A DNA stretch of 64,000 nt from Gnetum montanum (lineage: Eukaryota; Plantae; Gnetophyta). Position numbers and translations under genes: made by a program. The stretch lies in assembly GCA_015680685.1 (NCBI GenBank), contig MNCI01001925.1, positions 124,001 to 188,000 on the forward strand. Reading direction: 5' to 3'. The notes below the pieces were generated by a model that was given only the letters and a program-made list of their open reading frames with translations, was not told the origin of the DNA and did no database searches. Shown here piece after piece: positions 27,001 to 39,207 of the stretch. The stretch's first letter is position 1, and each line of letters starts with the position of its first letter.

Positions 27001-28713
27001 GGGCCCTAGTCACAAAGAAAAGGACCCTGGTCAAGGAAGAAGGAGCTCCTTCTGCAAAGGAAAGAGCTCCTGCCGATGAGGAGAATGCTCCTGCTAATGA
27101 AGAGGATGTTCCTGCCGATGAGGAGGACACTCCTGTTGATGAGGAGGATACTCCTGTCAATGAGGAAGAGGTGGGTGCCATAGAAAGAAGGGCCCCAGTG
27201 AATAAAGAAGAGGCCCTTGTCAACCAAAAAGAGGCCTCTGTCAATGATCCATTTGCTGACTGTAGTTCAGTGCCGGAAGAGTTGATGAACGCGGACGGCA
27301 CTTCCATGATGTTGAGTCAGCTAGTAGAAGGGGAGCTACAACTTGATGCTGGTGAGTTTGACTACATGTTTGATAGTTTGTTGATGGGTGAATGCCCCCC
27401 CACCCCGCTATCACCCCTGAGGGTTTGTTGGGTAGGAGCTTTACATTGTCATTTTTGTTTCACATCAGCTTTATTGTAGTCCTCTCGGTCATAACTAACA
27501 CATTTTGTTATGTAGCAGATACCACCATTGACACTGTAGACCCTTCTTTGATTCACCTATGACCATGGGCTGAGACCCCTGATAAGTTTTCCTTCATGCA
27601 GGGAGTGGTTAATGACATGATCAACCATCTAAAGTAGATCAATCTGGAAGTGGGTGAGTGAAGTAGCTACACTAGGCTTTTTAAATTACTACACTTTGCT
27701 ATGCCATTGTGACTAATGCCCTTTTGTGTACGGTTGACAGCCTCTTGCCTCAAATGGAACACTAAGCAAATGATTAAGGTCGATGTTATGCCTGCATTCC
27801 CACCGGAAGTGACCAAAGTACCTCATCGCATATAAAATGAGGCTAGTGAATGTTCATTGTACTCAGCATGCTCCTTATGGGAGTGCAGGCATGTAAACGA
27901 AGACCTATGGAAATGGGTCCAGAGGCTTGAGAAGGAGAAGGCAAATATAATTGTCAAGGTGGAAGACCTCTGCTCCAGGAATGAGTTCCTTTTAGGCTGG
28001 GATACTAATGATGGCAGTTGGCGCATGACCATCATTGATTATGCGAGGTATTGGATGGCCATGTGGCACAAAAACGAGGCACACGTGAAATAATAGAGTA
28101 GCATATGCAAATGGACTTGTTAGTCCAGAAGAACCAAGATTGGAAAGACTATAGTGCAAGAGTTTATGAGTGGGGGCAGTCATAGAAAAACCATAAGCAT
28201 ATGTATAAACTGGAACGTGCCACCTATCGTAAATAGTACCAAGATTCTTTTGTTAAGTTGTATACACATGAAGTATTCCTCGATGTCATTGGTGCTTCTG
28301 GGGCTTATGACAAGTTCATGCAACAAGTGACAATCAGTGAATCCCCAGAACGGGAAGTGAGTTTCCCCACAGATGAGACCTCCACTACCTCCTTTTCTCC
28401 AGGGCCACTGAGATGGATGGCTATTGAAAAGGAGAAATTTGTAGTAAATGCTAACTTGGAAGTTAGGCACTAGGTGGACATTACTGAAGAGGAGGTCTTG
28501 CAGTGCCTCAAGGCCAACTTGGATCACATACCCCTTGAGACAAACGTGGGATTGCCTCAGGTTAGTCACTTTTTTGTGATGCAAAAATTTATTTTATTCT
28601 AGCTTTTATTATGACTCTAGTTGACTACTTTAATTTTTGTGATACAAAATCTGAATGAAGATACAAGGCCCTCTGAGGGCGAAAATGATGATGCAGAGGA
28701 AGATGATGCATGA
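24036..28713 (+). pseudogene. 8-exon gene antisense to the Tat element (~1,115 codons): FCP1/NIF HAD-like domain, PMD-like domain, acidic repeats, coiled coil; decayed by point stops
   Basis: Exons 24036-24154, 24816-25265, 25353-25627 (or 25639), 25736-26785, 26926-27351, 27516-27653, 27741-28560, 28648-28713. GT..AG introns (last acceptor CAG>CAA) with compatible phases 2,2,1,1,1,1,0. One frameshift in exon 7; stops are TAG/TGA/TAA, consistent with deamination. Confidence 0.8.
27040..27250 (+). repeat. In-frame ~21-bp repeat encoding (A/T/V)P(A/V)(D/N)EE(D/N) units
   Basis: gctcctgccgatgaggagaat-like units in ORF 26961-27479 (APADEEN APANEED VPADEED TPVDEED TPVNEEE). Confidence 0.85.
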
Positions 28714-28858
28714 AAGCAAGATATATTATTTGTATTTTTGAAAGAATATTGCAAAAATTATTTAATTGAGACTTTAAATGGAAGATGAATTATGACAAGA
28801 TTTGTTTTATTCTTGCTTGTGTATTATCTATGTTATTCATTTTTATCTTTTTTTGTCT

Positions 28859-29138
28859 TAGTTTTAGGCCATTTTAGGCTGTGATCAAGTGATAAGAAAG
28901 AGAAATTTTTTATTTTTTTTTTGAATAGCTAGTTTTAGGCCTTGGTGGGCTGCAGTGGTAGTTTAAGGCCATTCCAGGCCATTGCTAGTTTTAGGCCATT
29001 TCGGGCCATCGCGAAGACATAGGGTAAAGAATTTTACCAGTTTTAGGCCTTAGTGGGCTGTGTGTAGTTTTAGGCCATTTCAAGCCATGGGATGATGGTA
29101 AAAAAAAACATTCACCAGTTTTAGGCCTTATTAGGCTG
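28859..29138. repeat. Third array of the stem-loop motif, 7 units, irregular spacing, GGCC stems
   Basis: tagtttaaggccattccaggcc, tagttttaggccatttcgggcc, cagttttaggccttagtgggct and similar units. Confidence 0.85.
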
Positions 29139-29299
29139 TAAAATATGCAAACAAAGTACATGACACAAACCGTCTAAATACAAAGGATGTTAAAGCCAAC
29201 GATGGATGTAAAGTAAATGGTGTAGGTGTGGAGAAGTATGTGTAACATAGCTATGCTAATGTGGACACTATTCAACTATAGAGTTGCTTTTTAACGCAT

Positions 29300-32200
29300 C
29301 ATGGGTTCGATGATGTATAAGCCCAAGGGGCCTTATTGTGCTATTCCTCTATGCTATCGTCTGCTGCTTGAAATGGTAGTTCAAACCACGTTGTGACTTC
29401 ATTCATGCCAATTTTATCTTGTTCAGGCACCTTCATTTGAATGGAGGACTGTTTTTCAGAGACTTCAATCTCTGAACTTTGCTCTACCCCCACATTGTTT
29501 ATGGTTCAAGGAGTTACTTCATCGCCGTGTATCACCACTTCCCCTTCCACATAGGGTAAATGGATTTGTTGATGTATCGGCAATGAAACGGTCCTCAGTT
29601 GCACCAACCATGATCTCCCAAGAATTAGGTTGAATCCTAGCATCTCCTCTACCATGAATGTTGTGTTTGTGGGGAATTGGTCCCTTGCCACAAAGTTAAT
29701 CTACATAGTCCCTTTTACCTACACTCTTCCCCCATTAAACAACTTTAGGCAGGATGTCTTCATGGGCTTGATCTGATCCACTAGGCCTAACTTGTCCATA
29801 ATAGGGAAAGGGATGACATTGGTTGCAGCACCGTCATTCGAATCCTGTGTTGGCCGACCCGAATTGTGATGAACATCGGTGCCAACATCACCTGACCCTT
29901 TTCAGGGTCATCTTTAATGGACCTGTCACAAAATGTTAACTAAGTCAGCCTTAATTTTTCAGACACAAGAGGGAGCATAATGGCATGAATTGTCTTTTCC
30001 TCTGCTAGTATGCTTTCATCCACTAATATGAATGTCAACATATGAACCAAGGCCTCACGATGTATGGTAGAGGTCATCACCAGGTCGTACAGGCTCAAAG
30101 TTGTATTCTTCTATTTTAGAGCCTGTTTGACCTAAGTGAGGGTATTTAGTATGTCCTATCCACTCTCCTATTTCTTACTACCCTTCTCTTCCTCCATTCT
30201 TCCTAGGAGATGAATTTCTTGAGAAGGAGAAATTTCAAGCTTGGGGTTGGACTTCTTTGGATGGGCCAGTGATGATTTCTTGGGCATAGTGGCATTAGCT
30301 ATTGATGACAAGGGGGGCAAAGGCATAGAAGACAAGGGGGTAGGCTTAGGGGGGCTTGAGGTAGTACATTGTTTAGTTGCCTCACCTATCAAACACTCTT
30401 CTTGTTTCCCTAGATGAGAAGGTTGTGATGCCATCTTATATGGGGTGGGGGTAGTCGAGTGGTTTAGCTGCCTAATGATGAATGGTGTTTGTGGTATTAG
30501 TGCAAGCAGTGGTGCGGTCTTGTTTATAGAAGGTGTAGGGGTATATGTCTGAGGAGGGACCTTTAAGATGAATAGTTGCTATGGTATTTTCTTAGCTGCT
30601 GCTACTATTAGTGCACTACGCTGAGGCACATGAACCACAAACGGTTGCCAAGGTAGTTCAAGATTACTATCTATGCCAATAGTGTTGATGACATAGCCAG
30701 TGTTGTTGGCATTAAGTGGGTCTATGTAAACATGAATAGATTGATTCTCAAGGTGCACGAGGTTTCTTTCATCTAAAACCAACTTCCCCTAATCAATCAT
30801 TCATTGAATGTCATCCTTTAATGCTAAACAGTAATCCATGTCGTGACCACAAAGTTGGTGGTAGTCACAAAATTGTTCAAGCCTAAAATTCTTAGGAACC
30901 AGGGGCTCATTGGGCAAAGCCATGGAGGGGTTCCTAAGGAGCTCATAGTACCATTGATGCCTTTTGGTTGCCTCCTCTAACATCCACTTGTGTTGAATAT
31001 ACCCCACACCTAGTAATTTCTTTAGGAGTTTTGAAGGCTTGACAGGTAGCACGGTGTACTTAGAGTGATCTTTACGCTCGAAATTAGGCTTAGGCAGGGT
31101 GGATGCTTTGGGTGCCGATGTGGAGGGTTGAGTAGCATTGCCTAGGTTAGGTGCAGGGTTAGTTGGTGCTGCAATTGTTTTCTTGTTATTGTTTTTTTTT
31201 TGCTGCGCCTCATTTGCCACAGCAGCCACCATGGTCGTTGTAGCCTTGCCCTTCTCTTTGTCCTTCTTAATATACATGTTTTTATATGCAACATAGGCTA
31301 GATCTTTACTTGCCTCGGTCACATCTTGAATACTGTTGGTTTGGGCAAAATCTTAACTAAGAGTTCATGGAGCTAGGTAGTATATTTTGGACTTAATAAA
31401 GTCATTCACTGCATCCTTAAAGATGGCTAGCAGATGGGCCTCCACGATAGGCTCACAGATCTTATTCAGGGTAGCACTCCATCGCTATATAAATTTTTGG
31501 ACTATGGATCTTGCTTAATGCTCATTAACTGATCTAGCGTAACCTTTGGTTTCAAGTTATACTTGAAACAAGTTACGAACTAAGTTAGTAGCTCCTCTAG
31601 GGTTGAGATAGAAGAGCATGGGAGCGCATGGTACCAATCTAAAGCTTTGCCCACCAGAGACATAGAAAAGATGCAGATGATGGTGTGCAACCATTGTTAC
31701 AATAGAAGGAACTCAAATCTAAACATCACAAGATGCGCATTGGGGTCACCCTCCCCATTGTATTTTGTAAAGTGGGGGAGTGTCATCCTGTGGGGTAATG
31801 TGAGCATGGGGACTACAAGGCTGATGGGATCATCATGGTATAAATCCATGACTTATACTATGTCAGAACCAGTAGCTTTCAGATGCTTAATTTTTTTAGT
31901 AAGGGTCTGGATAAGCTGGAATGCTTGGTCCAGACCTGGGGATGATGCAAACAGTTATGGAGCTATAGGGGTAGCCACCATTAGTGGTGTGGTAGGGGCA
32001 GCGACCTGGCCTATAGGTGGTGCTATTGGGGTGGTGCCTATGAAAGGTGTTGCTTGTGTTGTCCACCACCCAGTGGATGGTGCTGTTGGAGCAGCGGCCA
32101 CTGGTGGTGGCATAGGATAGGTTTTTTGCATGATTAGCAGGGTAGACCATAATCCCATGCTTGGTTGTACCATTTGCGAGACCTGGTACACTTGATGGTG

Positions 32201-32900
32201 AGCGTAGTGTGACATTTTGGAAGGTTGTGAAGCAAGGGGAGAAGTGAATGTGGTCCACCACGTGGCTAGGGATAGGCCTATCGCTGATGGTGGAATAGGT
32301 GTAGATGATGGAATGGAAGCAGATACTATATGCAACTACGACGTAGGTACTGTATGCACGTAAGGCAGGGTAGCTATGATTGGTGCTTGTTATGATGAAG
32401 GGATAGATTGGGGAAAATATTGTGGAGGGATAGTGCCTAGAAATGAGATGGATAAATAGGCATGTTAATATGCCAAGGGCATGGTATGGCTACCTATGGC
32501 CGATGAAACTATGGCTTGTGATGGGGTAGATGTAATCATAAAAGGAGCAGTTGTGAAGAGCGGGTTCGACTAGAAAGATGGGATGGGAGCGATAGTCGCA
32601 AGGTTAGTTTGACCCCCACCCTCAAATTGGGAATCCAAGTCCTCTTGTCCATCCTAAAATGCCTCATCATAGTGGGACATCGTGTCTTGTTGCTCCCTAG
32701 ACCTACTTATCCATACCAGCTGATCTAAGATCCATTGATACATTTCTGTCAGGGGAATGAAAATGCCAGGAGTAGGGATAAATTCCCTTCCATTACAGTA
32801 AAGGAACTTGAAGTGACGTTTATCTTTGAGTTCTTGGGAATCTAAGGGTAGATTCGACTAGACCTTAGCACAAAGAAAATTATAAAGTTTGGCATGTTGT
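29300..32900 (-). pseudogene. gag-protease pseudogene of the Tat element
   Basis: Pro-rich N-terminus; LPHFTKYNGEGDPNAHL (~31730-31780); ALDWY (~31635); knuckle CDYHQLCGHDMDYC (~30830-30870); protease DGAATNVIP (~29810-29836) and FNLILGRSW (~29610). Confidence 0.88.
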
Positions 32901-33269
32901 ACCAAGCTCTCAGGTGAACGATTTTGGATCTTGAGAGATCGATGTGGCCCTTGCACTAGGCTAGACAGCTACTCAGCACTTGTGGTAACCTAAACCAAAA
33001 AAGCGACCTCAAGGTTTGAGGTAGCAATAGCGGTGGTCAAGGAAATCATTCTTGCAACCTTGAAAAAGGTTTGAGAGTGAGGAAAAAAAAGAGATCAGGA
33101 GGCGATTAAAGGCTTTTCATCTTGTAGAGTTCCAAAGGAACCATCATTGCGACTAGCCTATACCACACAGTGTGTAAACAACCGCAAGGGTGTCATGTTT
33201 ACGCTGATGAGTGATGGGGTACAAAGAGCATGCAGGACTACCTATAGGACACGGAAAAGGCACCAAAAG

Positions 33270-33286
33270 CCCTCCTTCTAGTGCCA
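33270..33286 (-). promoter_or_regulatory. PBS complementary to the tRNA-Asn(GUU) 3' end
   Basis: Plus strand ccctccttctagtgcca versus the plant tRNA-Asn end CCCTCCTTCTAGCGCCA (one CpG-type mismatch). Confidence 0.8.
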
Positions 33287-33291
33287 AAAAC

Positions 33292-35193
33292 AATAGCAAT
33301 TGAAAACATCAGTGGCTGGAACACCAAGAGGTTGTCGAGCAAACAGTTTAACCCTAGATCTGTGCAAGGGCCATGCTAGATAAAATGGAAGCGGGGTACC
33401 ATGAATAGTCTGGTTGATCAGATAGGGACTTAATTGTTGTAACTTAAACTTATGTGAATGTTGTTTTAAATGAGAAATACGTGAGGTAAAACTGATGATC
33501 AATAAATGTAGGAATGAAGGAAATAATGCCAAGTAGTGATAACAATAAAGAGATAACAGAATAAACTTTGGTAAGAAAATGCATTGCCCCAAGGTCACAG
33601 GTTCAGTTCTTTGTCTTATTTAAAAAATGTATAACAAGTTATACAATGCTAGAGGAGCACAGAGAGTTCAAGAGTAACCAAACTACTCAAAATATGCCAA
33701 CTATGCTCTTGAATGCAAACTTAAAAGCCAACTACGCAAAAATGCCAACTCTATGGATGAGAAATGCCAACCAGAAAAGCCAACCAATGCAAAATGTCGA
33801 CAAGCCAACTGCTCTCCTTAATGTAAAAATGCCAATTCTTTAAGCAAAAAAGCCAACCAGAAAAGCCAACCTCAAAAATGCTAGTGTAAAAAAGCCAACC
33901 CTTTGAGCATTGTTTGTCTAGGTATTTATAGGGCTAGGAAAAGGTGAGAAATGTGGCTTAGGTGCCACATGTCCTAGACCCCACAATATGCAATCATGAT
34001 GGTACCCTGTAGGCGTGCTGTCCTAGTTGTGAATTTTGCTATGCTATAATAATGTTGTCAAAACTTCATGTGCTAGAATCTAGTGTGCTAAAAATGCAAG
34101 AAGAAATGGAGTCTCTACCCTAGAACTACATCTTCCCTATCCTTATGAATAGGCTCAAGAATGACGACAAATTTTGGACGATGGATTAAGGGTTATGCCA
34201 AAGTGGAACAAAGTCGTTGATCACAGCGAGCTTAGTTATTACTAACAAGCTGTAGAACTAGCTAAAGATGTCCTGATGCCTCTATCAACTTTGCATCACT
34301 TACACTATCTAGCACATTGAAGTACCATAGCCACTTACTACACTGTGCTACGCTATGTAGCATAGCACATTGACGTAGCGTAGCTGCTTGATACGCTATG
34401 CTATGCTATGTAGCGTAGCACAGCGTAGCCACTGGTTTGAATAGAAAACTTGCATTGGAATCAACAACATTTTCTGGAAGCCTTGGCACACACCGAGTTA
34501 ACCTTTGGAGCACTTTATTGATTTGCATCTTTGCTACACTATTCTATGCTACGTAGCATAGTGTAGTGTAGCGGCCAATGTAACATGCATTTCTGTCAAA
34601 ATTGCAGGGTCTCATGAGAAAAATTTTCTTGTGGTTCAAGGGCTAACTGAGACAGGGTGGTTTTGGAAGCCAAAATGATATTAGATGAAGTATTTTTGCT
34701 ACAATGGCTTGGCAGAGGAGTCTTTGCATGTTTCGTCCTTACTACGTTGTGCTACACTATGTAGCATAGCATAGCATAGCATCCTATGTTGGCCGAATTC
34801 TAACTTTTCCTTGTGCAAACATCTTGCCAAAGCTTGTATTCGGACACTTAATTGATTATTTGAAGGCTTGCTACATTGCGTAATGTAGCATAGCATAGTA
34901 GACTTCTCTACTAGAAAACTTGCCAAACTGTTTTGCTCAACCTGAACACCGTCCACAACTCCTAGCACAGTTTCTAGGGAGACTGATAGCCGGGTGAATT
35001 TCCCAGGTGGGCAAGCTAGAGAGTCCATTGGGCTTGTTAGCTCTAGAGGTAGAAAACTTGCCAAACTGGATAGTCTAATCTCAATGCTTACATTTTCTTT
35101 CCAAACTCTCATGACGCTACACTTGTGGAAGTCTTTGCCTAAACTCCAAGACCCTGGTGAAGCAAGAGGGTCTTGAAATTTTATGGTGTTTCA
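33292..35193 (-). repeat. 5' LTR of the Tat element
   Basis: Colinear with 16125-18016. TATA on minus at 33923-33930; inverted (TAGCA/TGCTA)n arrays at 34325-34900. Confidence 0.93.
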
Positions 35194-37149
35194 CATATGA
35201 GGAAACTTCAATAGTTAAGAAATCTAAATATTTAGTCTTGCAAAGTGTGTATGACAAGCTTAAAATGAGAAAAGGAGATAAAATAAAAGATTATTTTTCT
35301 AGAGAAAATGATTTTATTATGGCCATTAAAGGTACAATTAAAGATCTACTAGAGAACAATGTCATAATAAACATGATTAGAACTTTGCAACCAGAATTTA
35401 GATACAAAGTTACTGCTATGAAGGAAATTAGATATTTTTCAATCCTTAAACTTGAATAACTTCAAAGTGATGTTATTTCTTATGAAATGAATCTCATTAG
35501 TGAAGGGAATATTCAAGAAAAACCCATAGTCCTAAAATCATCCTCTAAGGAGAAGGATCCTAATGAGCCAGATAAGGGCAATGATGAGAAGATAATCTTT
35601 CTCTTAAGAAAGCTACAAAGACTTATAGGGGTAAAAGCTCTAATCAGCAGAGATCAAATCCATTCAAAGATAAAGAGGAAGGTAACAATTTTTCAAGTCC
35701 TCCTTTTGATTCTTCTTCTATAGAATGTTGGATCTATGGTGGAAGAGGCCATGTGGCCTCTAAATATCCTAGTAATGAAAAGTTATAGAGAGAGGACAAA
35801 AAAATGAAGAGATAAAAAAGACCAATTTCTAGACATGTTGGAATGATGGGAAGCAAAATGAAGAAGCAGTGAAATATAATGTAAAAACTTCACATCTCAT
35901 CTATATGGCTCTCACAAATGATGACGTTGACACCTCGAATGATGAACTCAATGAGGAAGAAAGGTTTGATTTATTATGTAATGAATTATTATCTTTTCAA
36001 AATCTTTACAAAAAATTAAATAAGCAAGTTACAATAAAGGATCAAGAAACAATTTCTAATCTTACTAAAGAACTCTCAAACCTAAGAGCTCAAAATGACA
36101 AACTAACCTTGTCTTATGAGTAGGCTAAAGTAGAAATTATAGCTGTTAAAATTGTGAATGAAAGTTTAGTAAAGGAAAAAGAATTACTTTAAATGGTATT
36201 AGGATAAGGAATAAGTCCACATGAAAAAAATGAACTTGGATGTTGTACACAAGATGAATCACTTTCACCAACCCCATCTTAGTCAAATGCTATTCCAAGG
36301 GACAAAGCTACTACACCCCAATTAAAAGAAGCTCCCATCCATCAAAAGGATGCTCAAAGGTTTGATCATTCTAATCACTCTTACTATAATAGGGGGGTTA
36401 GATGCTATTATTATCATAAATATGGGTAAAAGAAATGGGAATGCAACCTAAAGTTCTATCATTTGAATAGCTAGTCATACCATAAGACTACTTGATCTTA
36501 CCAAAATGTACCAAGAAGGATATTTATGAAGACCATAGGAAGAATTGAACTACCCAAAATACCAAAGGGATCAAGAAATAATGGAGAGTTAAAATGAAGG
36601 AATAGGAAAATGAGGAGACTCTCTCCAACAAATTCATGAAGGGGAGTCAAGCCTTGGAGATAGAAGAATTTTGTGCAAAATGAGAAACCTCAAGAGAGAA
36701 ATCTCATTCTCTAGCATTAAGCACCTTCATTCACTTTGGCAAGAAGGGAAAGTATAGGTAAGTTTTCTTTTAATAATCTATATTCTCTAAGACTATATTC
36801 CTTGGTAGCCTTTCCCAAATTCCATCCTGTTGAGCCTCTTTCTAAGGAGACATCTTCTTGAAGATTTCTTCTAGGAGATGTTTACTCTCAAGATGAGATC
36901 TCTACTTGAAGATGTCTACTACAAAAATGAGACATCTGCCTATCATCTCCTGCAACATAGTAGAGACTTTCTTTGTGAAAATAGGACATATACCTAGACT
37001 TTTAATCATGGAGAAGACATCTATCTTCCAATAGAGATGTCTTCTTTCTTGTTAAAAAGCCCTTATTTGACATGATTATAAAAGTTCAAACCCTCATTTT
37101 GTCCTTATTCTTTGAGGTTAACCCCACATTGACCACCAAGGCTCCACTA

Positions 37150-38760
37150 GTGATAGCAATTTGAGCAACAACAGCCCACAAGAAGGTTGAAGCATCTAGG
37201 CCATCATCAAAGAAGAGATCTATAGGAAGTTCCAATAGCAATCCAAGCTCCTACGTGCTCCAATTCAAGAGCACAAGTGCCCAACACTAGTTTGAGGTAA
37301 CTCGAACCATCAATATCTTGTCTGAGTGCTCCTTGTCATTTTCTTTGCATAAGTAGCAAACCTTGATGTATTATTTTAAAGTACTAAACTAGTGTGATTT
37401 CATTACAATGAATATCCTAGTTCCAAAAGTTCTTATTAGAGAGTTTTACTAACATATTGTAATTTCAAATGCTATTGTTGGGGCATTTACATTAATGGTT
37501 GGGGATCTTGTAATTAAGGTGTCTTCCCAAGTTGTGAATGCACTCCTTGGGATTTATAGTGTATATGTTTTTTGGGTTACCATTGATGCTATGAATGATA
37601 TCTATGAAAATGGTATAATTCCCATTAGTCATGATGAGTTCTATGATGCCTTGTTCCAAGAGTTTGTCTTTTGATAGAGGCTAAATTCATAGGAATAGGA
37701 TGTCTCCTAATGCTTTCACTTTGTCTCTTATTATGATATATAACATTATTATAAAAGGAGGAACCTATAGTTATCTGCTTCCATCCCAAGCTTTTGTTCT
37801 TTACTGCCTTCTTATAGGACAATGCTTGGATTTGGAGCATACTCTCTATCAGGACATGCTAAGTTTGTATGCCAACAAGAGAATCCTTGAGCACCCTTAT
37901 CTCATTAGTTTGTTGATATGTGAAAGGACTGTACCTATTCTAGAGATACCTTTGTTCAAAGGCAAGAGGAGCCTTAGTGAGTATGCTAAGAAGAGGAGCC
38001 ACTTTCATGTAGTAGAAGCAAGATCGATCACTAGCCCACCTCCATCATAGAAGAAGATAGCAAGAGCATCTTATAGGGCCTCTTCTTAGTTGAGAAGGTT
38101 CAAATCTATTGGAGCACAGATCAGATCATCTCTGAAGAAGATACTTTTCCCATTTGCTCATGCTATTGAGATGCTTGGAAGAAATCACTCATACATGCAT
38201 AAGAGAATGGATGATGTTGGCATACCTTTTTCTCTAGATGGTCAGTAGTTTGAGGAGGTCACTACTCCTCTTATTTATGATAGTGAGGAAAATATTCCTA
38301 CATCATTAAGGCATTCCACAATAGTTGGACATTCTTGTACATATTACTAAAGGATGGAGTCATATTCTAAGCCTAATGCATCACCAACTCATGTCTACGA
38401 TGAGCATCATGATCCATCTCTAGGTGATGCTCCTAGATCCTTTGAGCAAAAGGCCATGGAGAGTATCTTTGGTACCATGTCCCAATGAGTACCTACTAAC
38501 ATTACCTACCAAAGAAAGGAATCTTCCTCATCTTCTCATTAAGATCCAAATCAGCCTAATCAACCAACTTCATCTCAATTTTGAGTGAAGCTTCATCCCT
38601 AGAGGGTCCTTGTTCAAGTACCATGTTTAGATGATGATGAGTAGTGTTTGACCAGCTCTAACACTAGTAGCAACAATGACAATAAGGAGACTTATCACCC
38701 ATCTAAAGTAGTGGCTGATTCAAAGTCTAATGATGTGACTGAGGTCAGTGATTAGGATTC
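37150..38760 (+). pseudogene. Extra ORF of the SIRE-like Copia (env-like position, PMD/Transposase_32-like)
   Basis: PKVLIREFY...VGDLVIKVSSQVVNALLGI (~37420-37555) and YNIIIKGG...QAFVLYCLLIGQCLDL...HPYLISLLI (37700-38050), then an acidic low-complexity tail. TATAAAA at 37077-37083. Confidence 0.7.
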
Positions 38761-39207
38761 TTAGGTGTTCTCTCTCTTCCTTTTGCTAATGTCCAAAAAG
38801 GAAAAGAAATTTGGATATTCAGACATATGTGATTTTTTGGATTTGCACATATGTGATTTTGTACATGATGTGGATGTATGATATGGAAAGTTATGTGGAA
38901 AGTTTGAGAAATAGTTTATGTGTGGACAGTTTGAGGAATAGTTTATGATATAGACCAATGGTGATTATTTTGGTTTTCTCTGTGTGGTGCACTTCTTGGA
39001 GATAGTTTTTACTTTTGCATCATATCATATTCAATTTTATCTTCCTTCCCTATGCCTTTGAAACATCTTGAATCTTAAATCTTTTATCCTAGTTCCTAGA
39101 TATCATTGAAATTTATGTCTTAACCCTTTAATATCATTTTTAGTATTTATTGTTTTATCATCTCACCCATTTTATTATGTTTTAGACATCAGAAAAAAGG
39201 ACAAGAT

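Larger units (their letters stand above)
16125..35193 (-). mobile_element. Tat/Ogre-like Ty3/gypsy LTR retrotransposon, 19 kb, nested in the Copia gag
   Basis: ~1.9-kb LTR pair, perfect TSD CATAT (16120-16124, 35194-35198), PBS, PPT and domain order gag-PROT...RT-RH-aRH-INT on the minus strand. Confidence 0.95.
15804..36680 (+). pseudogene. Copia gag pseudogene in two pieces (15804-16124 and 35199-~36680)
   Basis: MEGTSYTNPSMFNGFNFSY*KARM...IWETLEVAY resumes in frame after the insertion as EETSIVKKSK...YDKLKMRKGDKIKDYF. Zinc-knuckle remnants near 35726 and 36403. Confidence 0.85.
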
